Shown piece after piece: positions 19,405 through 27,344 of a stretch of DNA of 53,937 bases. Within the stretch, counting starts at the first letter, position 1. Every line of letters starts with the position of its first letter. Below the pieces are notes generated by a model. The model did not search any database. It was not told where the DNA came from and worked only from the letters and a program-made list of their open reading frames with translations. Made by a program: the position numbers and the translations under genes. Source of the stretch: Coriobacteriia bacterium (lineage in GTDB: Bacteria > Actinomycetota > Coriobacteriia > Anaerosomatales > Anaerosomataceae); contig JAOAFY010000003.1 in assembly GCA_026416035.1 (NCBI GenBank), positions 1 through 53,937 of the forward strand. Direction: 5' to 3'.

Positions 19405-19438
19405 ACTGTATCCGAACCCTTGTGACGCGACAATACAA
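19405..19438 (-). promoter_or_regulatory. Promoter of the cytochrome gene with overlapping TTGT-N11-ACAA site
   Basis: TTGTCG(19433-19428)-N17-TACAGT(19410-19405); TTGTGACGCGACAATACAA at 19420-19438 covers the -35. Confidence 0.55.
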
Positions 19439-19502
19439 GCCACGGACGCATTTCGCTCCAGTGCCTGAGATTCCTGCCTGGCGCCGGAGCACGCTGTCCG
19501 AA

Positions 19503-20648
19503 TCACTTCACGGCCATGGAATCGACGAGGCGGTTCAGCTCCGTGATCGCAGCCGCGACCTGGCGAGCCGCCTCGGCGGCCTGCTGCGAGACCGATGCGA
19601 TCTCCTTCATGGAGAGCACGACCTGGTCAGACGCGCTTCGCTGCTGCTGGGTCGCGATGGATATCTGCTTGGCTGCGTCGGTCGTCTCCTCGACTTGCGC
19701 CACGATGCGCTCGAGCGCGTCTTGCGTGCTTTCTGCCAGCCGCTTGCCCTCGTTCACCTTGTTCGCTGCCTTCTCCGTCTGCATGATGAGCGCCGAGGTC
19801 GATGCCTGGATCTCTCGCACGACCCTGCCAATCTCCTGGGTGGACTCGGTCACCGACTCGGCAAGCTTGCGAATCTCCTCGGCCACGACGGAGAATCCTT
19901 TCCCTGCTTCGCCCGCACGAGCGGCCTCGATGGCAGCGTTGAGCGCGAGGATCTTCGTCTGCTCGGCGATCTCGTCGATGATGGTGAGCACTCTGCCGAT
20001 CTCTTGGCTGCGCTCCCCCAGGGCGAGGATGCGGTCCGAGGACTGCTGGGTCGTCAGGCGGATCTCCTCGATGCCCTCAGCCGTATCGTGGACCGCCTGC
20101 AACCCTTCTTCGGCGCTCGCGAGCGTCCGCTCTGCGATGCGCACGACGGCGGACGAGTTTTCGGCTATCTGGCTGGAGGTCTGGGCAAGTTCCTCGACCG
20201 TCGCCGATGTCTCGGTCACCGCAGCAGCCTGCTCGGCAGCTCCGCTCGCCTGCTCCTCGGTCGCCGCCAGGACTTGCGCCGTGAGTGCCCGGATGTTCGT
20301 CGTCATCGCACGGATCTGATCCAGCAGCGTCGAGATGTTCGAGAACACCCGGTCTGCCTCGGAGGCCAGACCCTCAAGCCCCTTCGCATCGTGCACAGAG
20401 ATACCAAGCGTGCGTCCGGCTTTAGCCAACACCTCCCTGAACGGACGCTCGGAGATACGCTGCGCCAGGAAGTGGCACCCGATGCCCAGACCTACCCCCG
20501 CCCCAACACAGGCCAGCACGAAGAGAGCCAGCGCTATGCTGCTCTTCGGAGTGACGAAGAGCAGTGCGAAAGGCGGGAACAGAAGACCGACGACCATTCC
20601 CGCCACGACGAACGCGTACAGCTCCCGCTTCTTCACGCCGTTGCTCAT
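19503..20648 (-). CDS. Methyl-accepting chemotaxis protein, two TM helices, no extracellular sensor domain
   Basis: [38 protein letters not shown] signalling hairpin; start set at MSNGVKKR. Confidence 0.93.
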   Translation of the reverse strand: MSNGVKKRELYAFVVAGMVVGLLFPPFALLFVTPKSSIALALFVLACVGAGVGLGIGCHFLAQRISERPFREVLAKAGRTLGISVHDAKGLEGLASEADRVFSNISTLLDQIRAMTTNIRALTAQVLAATEEQASGAAEQAAAVTETSATVEELAQTSSQIAENSSAVVRIAERTLASAEEGLQAVHDTAEGIEEIRLTTQQSSDRILALGERSQEIGRVLTIIDEIAEQTKILALNAAIEAARAGEAGKGFSVVAEEIRKLAESVTESTQEIGRVVREIQASTSALIMQTEKAANKVNEGKRLAESTQDALERIVAQVEETTDAAKQISIATQQQRSASDQVVLSMKEIASVSQQAAEAARQVAAAITELNRLVDSMAVK

Positions 20649-20756
20649 GTGCAACCCCGTTCCGCTGCGACTCCTCCGAACCGTGGCCGCCCCTCGCCCC
20701 GTTCGGACACATACTAGCAATTAGGGCGCTGCACCGCACTGGCAGCCTCAACACGC

Positions 20757-20786
20757 TTGCTAGACATACCCGTTGGGGTATATCAT
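20757..20786 (+). promoter_or_regulatory. Promoter with a CsoR/RcnR-family-like palindrome between -35 and -10
   Basis: TTGCTA(20757-62)-N18-TATCAT(20781-86); perfect ATACCC-GTTG-GGGTAT at 20766-20781. Confidence 0.65.
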
Positions 20787-20814
20787 GGTCTCGAACGAGT
20801 GCTGAGGAGGATCA

Positions 20815-21018
20815 ATGCGAGCATACTCTGTCGACCTGAACGTGTGCGACCGGTCGCCTGCCTGTCCGGCCCGACGCATCTGCCCGAAAGGCGCCATCGT
20901 CCCAAGGCCAGGCGGCCCATATCCGGGCTACAATGGGTACGAGGTTGACGAGAGCCTGTGTGCCGGATGCGGCGTGTGCGCACGCGTGTGCCCGACCGGC
21001 GCCGTCACGCTCGCGTGA
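20815..21018 (+). CDS. Small 4Fe-4S dicluster-type ferredoxin-like protein
   Basis: Canonical CAGCGVCARVCP plus atypical CDRSPACPARRICP; GAGGAGG RBS. Confidence 0.9.
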   Translation: MRAYSVDLNVCDRSPACPARRICPKGAIVPRPGGPYPGYNGYEVDESLCAGCGVCARVCPTGAVTLA

Positions 21019-21031
21019 GAAGGGAAGCGAC

Positions 21032-21367
21032 ATGTCAGAACCCATCGTGACGGTGCAGGTCTTCGACTTCCCCGTCGAGACGAACTGCTTCTCGGGAGGC
21101 TGAGGCCCATCGTGGTCTCCGGCGGAGATCACTGAGCTCGTACGCTCTGAGGTGCAGACCCGGTTCGGGGACGCCGCTCGCGTCGAGTACCTGGACACCT
21201 CACGGCCGGACGTGCTGACAGAGCATCGCGAGATGATCGATGCGATACGGGAGAACGGGTGGATCTACCCCGTGACCGTGATCGACGGCGAACCGGTCTA
21301 CGAGGGGGCGGTCTCGTACCCGGGCATCCTGCGCGCGATCCAGGCGAAGCTCCAGCAGCTCGCCTGA
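21032..21367 (+). CDS. Candidate selenoprotein, thioredoxin-like fold, C19-x4-U24, 111 aa
   Basis: ATG 21032 with AGGGAAG RBS; MSEPIVTVQVFDFPVETNCFSGG-UGA(21101-21103)-GPSWSPAEITELVRSEV continues in frame into the 21152..21367 ORF (YPVTVIDGEPV cis-Pro-like motif); SECIS-like hairpin follows the UGA. Confidence 0.85.
21104..21138 (+). promoter_or_regulatory. Bacterial SECIS-like stem-loop
   Basis: Upper stem GTGGTCTCC(21112-20)/GGAGATCAC(21124-32), 9 bp with one G-U; apical loop GGC starting 17 nt after the UGA; lower stem GGCCCA/TGAGCT with one mismatch; UC bulge. Confidence 0.8.
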
Positions 21368-21392
21368 AACGGCTTCGTCGAAGCGTCTCCCC

Positions 21393-21680
21393 TCATCGCG
21401 CGTAGCGACGATACAGGCCGACCAGCCCCGACTCCCAGAAGATCCGCGCGACCTCTGATACCGGGAGGCGCCGCCCGAGCGTCGCGTCGTAGGCAGCCCG
21501 CCTTCTTGGGTCACTGAGCACGGCATACGCCTCGTTGAGCGCGACCATGGCCTCGTGCGCGGCTTCGTCCCCAGCGTGCACGTCAGGGTGCCGCTTGCGC
21601 GCGAGCACGCGGTAGGCCTTCTCGATCACCTCGGGATCGGCGTCCCGGGAGACCTGAAGCACGGCGTAGTGGTCGCGCAC
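21393..21680 (-). CDS. Small J-domain (DnaJ-like) protein
   Basis: DHYAVLQV..A....IEKAYR.LARKRHPD...LNEAYAVLSDP.RR..YD with HPD motif. Confidence 0.92.
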   Translation of the reverse strand: MRDHYAVLQVSRDADPEVIEKAYRVLARKRHPDVHAGDEAAHEAMVALNEAYAVLSDPRRRAAYDATLGRRLPVSEVARIFWESGLVGLYRRYAR

Positions 21681-21681
21681 C

Positions 21682-23673
21682 TCAGTGCTCCCTGCACACG
21701 GCGGTCGGTGCGACGCCAGGGTCGAGGTAGAGCTCCATCACGTCCGGGCACCGTTCGTTCGCGAGCAGCATGGTCTGCGTGCACACCCGTACCCGCACGA
21801 GGCCGTCCGGGGCATCTCCAGCAGCCGGCTGCCCACCGTCAGACGGGCGGGCGCTCTTCGCCTGAACGGCCTTGCTCATGAAGCGTTGCCAGATACGGGC
21901 AGGATAGCTCCCTCCAGTGACCTTGATGCCGTGGACGTTCGTCATCGAGACCTGCCCTTGCCGATAGCCGACCCACACGGCGGTGCACAATCGACCCGAC
22001 CAGCCCACGAACCAGGCATCACGGTACGCCTGGGTGGTCCCCGTCTTGCCAGCGGCCCAGGTCTGGATCTTCGCGGCCTGTCCGGTTCCCTGCTCGATGA
22101 CGTCGTGCAGCATCGCCGCCGCAACGCTTGCGACGGCGGGCGGTATCACGCGGCGCTGGACGGACGCGGGTTCGAGCACCGCCTTGCCGCTGCTGTCCTC
22201 GACCTTCCTCACGGCAACCGGTTCGCGACGGATGCCGCCCGATGCGATGGTCCCGTAGGCGCTCGCCATCTCCAACGGAGAGACCCCTGTCGTCAGCCCG
22301 CCCAACGCGATCGCTGGATTCGCATCCAGCTTCGTGACGATGCCCATGTCCTGAGCGATCCGGACGACGTTCTGGGGACCGACCTTCATCACGAGCCGCG
22401 CGTACACGGCGTTCACCGACCAATTGGTCGCAGCAGCAAGCGTCATCGAGGGCGCCGTCTTGTCGTTCTCGTAGTTCTGCACCCGCCAGATCCCGTCCTT
22501 GACCCGCGTGGTGTACGGAGTCGCAGAGAACACGTCTGCTGGTTTCACTCCCTGTTGGAGCGCCGTGACGAGCACGAACGGTTTGAACGCTGAGCCAGGC
22601 TGCCGCTTGCCTTGGACTGCGAGGTTGAACTGCTCCTGGGAGAAGTCCCTGCCGCCGACCATCGCGAGGACCTCGCCGTTGCTGACATCTACGCACACGA
22701 GGGCGACTTCCGGGTCCTTGGGATCGGGAAGCAGCGCCTGCGCCGCCTCCTCAGCGTAACGCTGAAGGACCGGGTCGAGCGTCGTGAAGACGCGCAGCCC
22801 TCCTTCGAAGACCTCGCGAGACCCCAGCCGTTCTATCAGCTGCTGTTTGACGTGCTCGACGAAGTAAGGGGCCGCATTCGCGGACTCTGCCTTCCGTGGC
22901 GCGAGCCTGATGGCTGCGGCCTTGGCTTGCACGAGCTCCGCATCGCTTATGTATCCCAGCTCACGCATCCGCTCAAGGACCCGGTCGCGACGCTGCCGGG
23001 CAGCGTCGGGGTGCACGACGGGGTCGTATCGCCCTGGAGACGCGATGATGCCCGCGAGCAGCGCCGCCTCCGCGAGGTCCACGTCAGCGGCACGCTTGCC
23101 GAAGTACCGCTGCGCGGCGCTCTCGACACCGTATGCCCCCTCGCCGAAGTACACGAGGTTCAGGTAGGTCTCAAGGACCCGTTTCTTGTCGGTCCGGGCT
23201 TCGAGCTGATACGCGAGCAGGGCCTCCTTGATCTTCCTCGTGAGCGTGCGCTCGCCACCGGTGAACAGCAGCTTCACGACCTGCTGAGTGATCGTGCTGC
23301 CGCCTTGGGTCGCCTCTCCCGTGCTCGCGTTCTGCCGCAACGCCCGGGCGATCCCCTCGAAGTCGACGCCTTCATGCTGGTAGAAGCGATGGTCTTCGAT
23401 CGCGATGACGGCGTCTTGCAAGTGCTGTGGGACCTGCTCGAGCGGCACCACAGTCCTGTCCTGCTCCGCGTGCCACTCGGCGAGAACGGAGCCGTCAGCC
23501 GCATACACGACCGTCGTCTGGGCGGGCCGGAACGCGGGGCTGTCAGAGCTCAGATCCGGAAGCGTCTTGCTGAGGTTGTAGAGGTACACACCGGCCGCAG
23601 TGAACATCACGACGAGCAGACCGAGCACCGTCGCGATCGTCTTGAGCACCCGCTCGAAGGTCTTCGTGCGCAC
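21682..23673 (-). CDS. Class A penicillin-binding protein (PBP1A family)
   Basis: IEDHRFYQH, GGSTITQQ, RKIKE, YLNLVYFG transglycosylase motifs; RQPGSAFK (SxxK), SVN, KTG; start GTG 23673 after GGAGGA. Confidence 0.95.
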   Translation of the reverse strand: MRTKTFERVLKTIATVLGLLVVMFTAAGVYLYNLSKTLPDLSSDSPAFRPAQTTVVYAADGSVLAEWHAEQDRTVVPLEQVPQHLQDAVIAIEDHRFYQHEGVDFEGIARALRQNASTGEATQGGSTITQQVVKLLFTGGERTLTRKIKEALLAYQLEARTDKKRVLETYLNLVYFGEGAYGVESAAQRYFGKRAADVDLAEAALLAGIIASPGRYDPVVHPDAARQRRDRVLERMRELGYISDAELVQAKAAAIRLAPRKAESANAAPYFVEHVKQQLIERLGSREVFEGGLRVFTTLDPVLQRYAEEAAQALLPDPKDPEVALVCVDVSNGEVLAMVGGRDFSQEQFNLAVQGKRQPGSAFKPFVLVTALQQGVKPADVFSATPYTTRVKDGIWRVQNYENDKTAPSMTLAAATNWSVNAVYARLVMKVGPQNVVRIAQDMGIVTKLDANPAIALGGLTTGVSPLEMASAYGTIASGGIRREPVAVRKVEDSSGKAVLEPASVQRRVIPPAVASVAAAMLHDVIEQGTGQAAKIQTWAAGKTGTTQAYRDAWFVGWSGRLCTAVWVGYRQGQVSMTNVHGIKVTGGSYPARIWQRFMSKAVQAKSARPSDGGQPAAGDAPDGLVRVRVCTQTMLLANERCPDVMELYLDPGVAPTAVCREH

Positions 23674-23752
23674 GCGTCCTCCAAGCCGCTGCTGCCGGTC
23701 TACCCCTTCGTCAGGTATGCTGGCGGGGGCAGCGGGCGAGACGGTCGGGAGA

Positions 23753-24496
23753 ATGGTAGCACGGCAACCCAATGAGGTCGGAACGAGGCGTGCGCCGATC
23801 ACGGCACATGGCCTGTTCGTCTGGTGGAGGCGGTCCTTGTCGAAGGCCGTCGGGTTCGCAGGAGCCCTCTGCAGATCTGTAGCCCGCCCTCTCGCACGCA
23901 CCATCCGGGCCACGCAAGCAGCCACGGCAGCCACTGTGCGAATCTCGTTCGGGTGGTGGCGTCGAAGTCTGACACGAGCGGCGTCTGCGGCGAGGACCGC
24001 AGCTCCCTCGCCGCAGATCCTCGGGACGCTCGTCCGCACGACGAAGGCGTGGGTGCGGCCGTCGGCCGCAAGCAGCATCGCTCCCTCGGAAGTACCTCTG
24101 GCAGCCGCCGCCGGCATCGCCGCCCTCGCCGTTTCAGTAGCGGCCTCCGGCCTCACTGGCTTGCGTAGCGGATCTGCCCTGTGGTGGTACGTTGCACAGC
24201 TCGCCATCTGGTCAGCCACGAGGCTCGGCGTGCTCGCCGCGCTCTCTCGGACGTACGGAGTGACGCCCGCCGCGACGGCTGCCGCATGGGCCGTTTCGTT
24301 GCCACCGTTCGCGCTTGGCGCGGTTCCTGGAGCGGGCCTAGTGGCGTTTGTGGCGTCAGCGCTCGTCGCTCGAAGCGCGCTCGTCGCCCAAGGAGCTCAG
24401 CCTGCCCACGCCACACGGCTCGTAGCGTGGGCGTACCTTGGACACGCAGCCGGAGTCGCTGCCGCCACGGCGATCGGCGCGGTCGCCGCGCTGTGA
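23753..24496 (+). CDS. Hypothetical multi-pass membrane protein with Arg/Ala-rich N-terminus
   Basis: Fills the gap between divergent PBP and convergent EamA genes; several Ala/Leu-rich TM segments in the C-terminal half; start uncertain (23717 or 23753). Confidence 0.6.
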   Translation: MVARQPNEVGTRRAPITAHGLFVWWRRSLSKAVGFAGALCRSVARPLARTIRATQAATAATVRISFGWWRRSLTRAASAARTAAPSPQILGTLVRTTKAWVRPSAASSIAPSEVPLAAAAGIAALAVSVAASGLTGLRSGSALWWYVAQLAIWSATRLGVLAALSRTYGVTPAATAAAWAVSLPPFALGAVPGAGLVAFVASALVARSALVAQGAQPAHATRLVAWAYLGHAAGVAAATAIGAVAAL

Positions 24497-24501
24497 GCGC
24501 G

Positions 24502-25410
24502 CTACACGGAGGCGAGCTCGTCTGGCGCAGCTTCGCCCGCCTTCATCTCAGCAAGCACGACGCCCGCAAGGACGAGTGCGGCGCCCAAGGCCTGGGCCGC
24601 GGACAAGCGCTCCCCCAGCACCACGGCGGCGAAGCAGATGGTGAACAGCGGCTCGGTCGTCGAGACGATGGCGGCCTGCGAGGCTCCGAGCCGACGCATC
24701 CCTCCAAGGTACAGGAGCACCGCAGCCACCGTGGGAACAGCCACGATCGCCGCGAGCAGGACCCATCCTGCAGGAGTCCAACCCGCTGGCGAGAGGTCCT
24801 GGCCTGACGCCACGCACACGGCTGCGATCGCCATCGCAGACAGCGCGAACGTGTAGGTCATGATGACCAGCCGCGACCGACCCGGCAGCCATCTGTACGA
24901 GAGCACGTTGAACACGGCATAGCCGAGTCCCGCACCGACCCCCAGCGCCACGCCGGCGATGGAGGCGTGCGAGCCAGGAGCGAACGCCTCCACTACCAGG
25001 GCGCACCCTGCAGCCGTCAGCGCGATCGCTGCCACCCGCGCCGAGGTCATGCGCTCGCGGAACAGAATCGCGCTCAGAACGGACACGATGGCAGGGTAGG
25101 TGTACAGCAAGACTGCCACGATCGAGGCGCTGGCATGGGTGAGCGCGAAGAAGTAGCACACCGACGCTGCTCCGTAGCCGGTGATCGAGAGCGCCGCGTA
25201 TCGCCATAGGTCGGAGGCCCCTGCGACCAGAGCGGCGGGATCCTTGACCGCCTGGTACGCACCCATCAGCAGGGCCACGAGTGCGAACCGCCACACGAGG
25301 AGCGGCAGCGGCCGCATCCCCTCACCATAGGCAAGCGACGCCAGCACTCCCAGCGTGCCGAAACACGCCGCAGAGACGACGACCGTGACGAGAGCTGATG
25401 TCCGGCTCAC
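24502..25410 (-). CDS. EamA/DMT family transporter
   Basis: About 10 TM helices in two repeats, LLYTYPAIV, STTEPLFT..FA.VVLGERLS; GGAGGT RBS, GTG start. Confidence 0.92.
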   Translation of the reverse strand: MSRTSALVTVVVSAACFGTLGVLASLAYGEGMRPLPLLVWRFALVALLMGAYQAVKDPAALVAGASDLWRYAALSITGYGAASVCYFFALTHASASIVAVLLYTYPAIVSVLSAILFRERMTSARVAAIALTAAGCALVVEAFAPGSHASIAGVALGVGAGLGYAVFNVLSYRWLPGRSRLVIMTYTFALSAMAIAAVCVASGQDLSPAGWTPAGWVLLAAIVAVPTVAAVLLYLGGMRRLGASQAAIVSTTEPLFTICFAAVVLGERLSAAQALGAALVLAGVVLAEMKAGEAAPDELASV

Positions 25411-25553
25411 ATGACCTCCGCCGTTCCGACGGGAAACGGCAATCACGGTCGCACCGACGACGGCGCGCGTCAAGCGCGCTGCCTAGCAGCGACGTCCGTG
25501 GTACACTCGCTGCCCATATCGAACCCGCATCCCCCGAAAGGTCGACGAGGACA

Positions 25554-25907
25554 GTGTGGCCCCGGCTCGCACGATGGGTGCCGTCGCTCGCGTGGATGAG
25601 CGTCATCTTCTGGTTCTCTTCGCGTCCGGGTTCTGACGTCCCCGGCAAGATCGCGCCGTTGGCGCACTTCGCCGAGTACGCCATCCTCGGAGCGCTGCTG
25701 ATGTTCGCGGCTTCCGATCCAGCACGATGGCTCGATATGGCGCTCGTGGCCTCCACGTACGGCATCACCGACGAGATCCACCAGGCATTCGTGCCTGGTC
25801 GGACGCCTGACGTGGGCGACTGGGTCCTGGATACGGTCGGGGCGCTGGCAGGTGCCCTGATCGTCGCCCGAGTGCTGCAGAGGCGGCAACGGGCGGACAC
25901 CCGATAG
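25554..25907 (+). CDS. VanZ family membrane protein
   Basis: WMSVIFWFSS, AHFAEYAILG, YGITDEIHQAFVPGR...DWVLDTVG. Confidence 0.9.
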   Translation: MWPRLARWVPSLAWMSVIFWFSSRPGSDVPGKIAPLAHFAEYAILGALLMFAASDPARWLDMALVASTYGITDEIHQAFVPGRTPDVGDWVLDTVGALAGALIVARVLQRRQRADTR

Positions 25908-25937
25908 GGCGCCCGCCCGGTCTCGTGCCCCGAAGCG

Positions 25938-26453
25938 CTACAGCTCGCCGAGCCACTCCTGCAGACGCTCGGCCAAACGGAGCGCTACGCTCAGCACTCC
26001 ATCAGCAGGCTCCTCGTACCCGTCGAGCTGCCGCAGCCGTGCCTCTATGCGAGCGAGCGTCTGGACCGAGATCCTGCTCCGCACCTGGGCGACCGAGACT
26101 GCGCCAGCCCGGTTCTGGCTCGCATCAGCGGGGGACGCACCCCGCTTGCCGGCAGCAGCGCTCGCGGCCGACGCGGAGCCGACCTTGCTCCGCGTACGCG
26201 ATTGGGCACAGTCGGTCGAGCCGGCGTCGCACGAGCCATCCCGCAACCTGTCCTGCTCGCACAGCCTATCCCGCGTCGGCGACGCGGCGTCCGAGGGCGG
26301 GACCTGATCCCACCCCGACCGGGCCTCTGCCATTGCTGCGCCGCTTCCCGGCTGTCCAGAACCGGATCGCTGGCCGGACGCGAGCGCCGACGACGGCAGC
26401 CACACAAGAATGGCAGCAACAGCGAAAGCCGCTACCCTGGCGTACAAACGCAT
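25938..26453 (-). CDS. Hypothetical secreted protein
   Basis: Signal peptide ending ALA-S, Gly/Ser/Ala-rich body with RDRLCEQDRLRDGSC; GGGAGG RBS. Confidence 0.7.
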   Translation of the reverse strand: MRLYARVAAFAVAAILVWLPSSALASGQRSGSGQPGSGAAMAEARSGWDQVPPSDAASPTRDRLCEQDRLRDGSCDAGSTDCAQSRTRSKVGSASAASAAAGKRGASPADASQNRAGAVSVAQVRSRISVQTLARIEARLRQLDGYEEPADGVLSVALRLAERLQEWLGEL

Positions 26454-26546
26454 TCGTCTCACCTCCCGCATAGTGACCTTACGCCGACGAGAACGAAGGG
26501 CAGGTTGTCCGGGTGACGGCGCTCTCGTTAAGAGCGTGTTGCGACC

Positions 26547-27344
26547 TTACTGGCGGGATCCGGCCCCTTGCGTGCTCCCGTTCTGCCTGGGCTGCTCGTG
26601 AGCGCTGCTGGTGGCGTCGATCGACCCGCCGGGTCGGGGCGCCGAATCGCCCTGGCCGCCGTGTCCGGGAGAGGCCGGCGCCGACGGCTCCCGCGAACTG
26701 CCAGGAGCGCTGTCTGCAGGATCCGTGCGGTCATGCGGCTGCCGGGTCGCCGGACGCGACTGGTCGCCTTCAGGCTGTTCAGCGCCCGAGTCCGAACCGC
26801 TGCCGGTTCCGCTTCCAGGTGGAGTCCGCACCGGAGAGCCCTGGAGCCGGTCGAGCTCGCGTCGGATGATGTCGAAGGCCCGGTCGCTCTTCACACCGAA
26901 GCCTCCCGGCGGTTCCAGCCCCATCTCCCACAGCGCCTCCTCGAGCGCCGCCTCATCGAGTGCTTTGCCCGACACCCGGCGAAGCTCGACCGGCCGCCGC
27001 CGCTCGAACCGCGCTGCAAGGGGGTCCTCGACCGCCCCTGCGGGAAGGACCGACAGCGTCAACCGCTCCGCGGCTCGCTTCAGCCTGTAGCCTGGCTCCC
27101 CAGGAAGCGCCGTACCCGCGGCTGCACTCGCAGCCGCAGCAAAGAGCGATATCACGGCGAGCACGGTCGCAGCGCGTGCCGACAGCGTGCGATACGGCCT
27201 CCATCGCCTATCCCGGCGAGCCGCCGTGAGCACTGCCCGTCTGATCTCTCTGCGCGCCGATGGCGCCTGCTCGGTCAGCGCAGCGCGGAGCGCAGCCCTC
27301 AGAGCTTGCTCTGCGCGTTGCCCGATGTCGTCACGATGAGGCAT
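26547..27344 (-). CDS. Putative anti-sigma factor (TM + DUF5667-like domain + low-complexity tail)
   Basis: Overlaps the ECF sigma stop; one TM; ALPGEPGYRLKRAAERLTL resembles the DUF5667 ALPGDxLYxxKR motif. Confidence 0.75.
   Translation of the reverse strand: MPHRDDIGQRAEQALRAALRAALTEQAPSARREIRRAVLTAARRDRRWRPYRTLSARAATVLAVISLFAAAASAAAGTALPGEPGYRLKRAAERLTLSVLPAGAVEDPLAARFERRRPVELRRVSGKALDEAALEEALWEMGLEPPGGFGVKSDRAFDIIRRELDRLQGSPVRTPPGSGTGSGSDSGAEQPEGDQSRPATRQPHDRTDPADSAPGSSREPSAPASPGHGGQGDSAPRPGGSIDATSSAHEQPRQNGSTQGAGSRQ

Noticed and set aside
21152-21367. 71-aa ORF as the complete gene
   Set aside because: No clear RBS at GTG 21152; the upstream in-frame ATG, Cys motif and SECIS-like hairpin explain the locus better.
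23674-24219. N-terminal extension of the PBP ORF to 845 aa
   Set aside because: Low-complexity, overlaps a plus-strand membrane gene; GGAGGA RBS and TM anchor point to GTG 23673.
26475-26540. ECF-type promoter (AAC...CGT) before the secreted protein
   Set aside because: ACAACC and CGTC/CGTA are present but 13 or 19 nt apart, not the usual 16-17; unsupported without comparative data.
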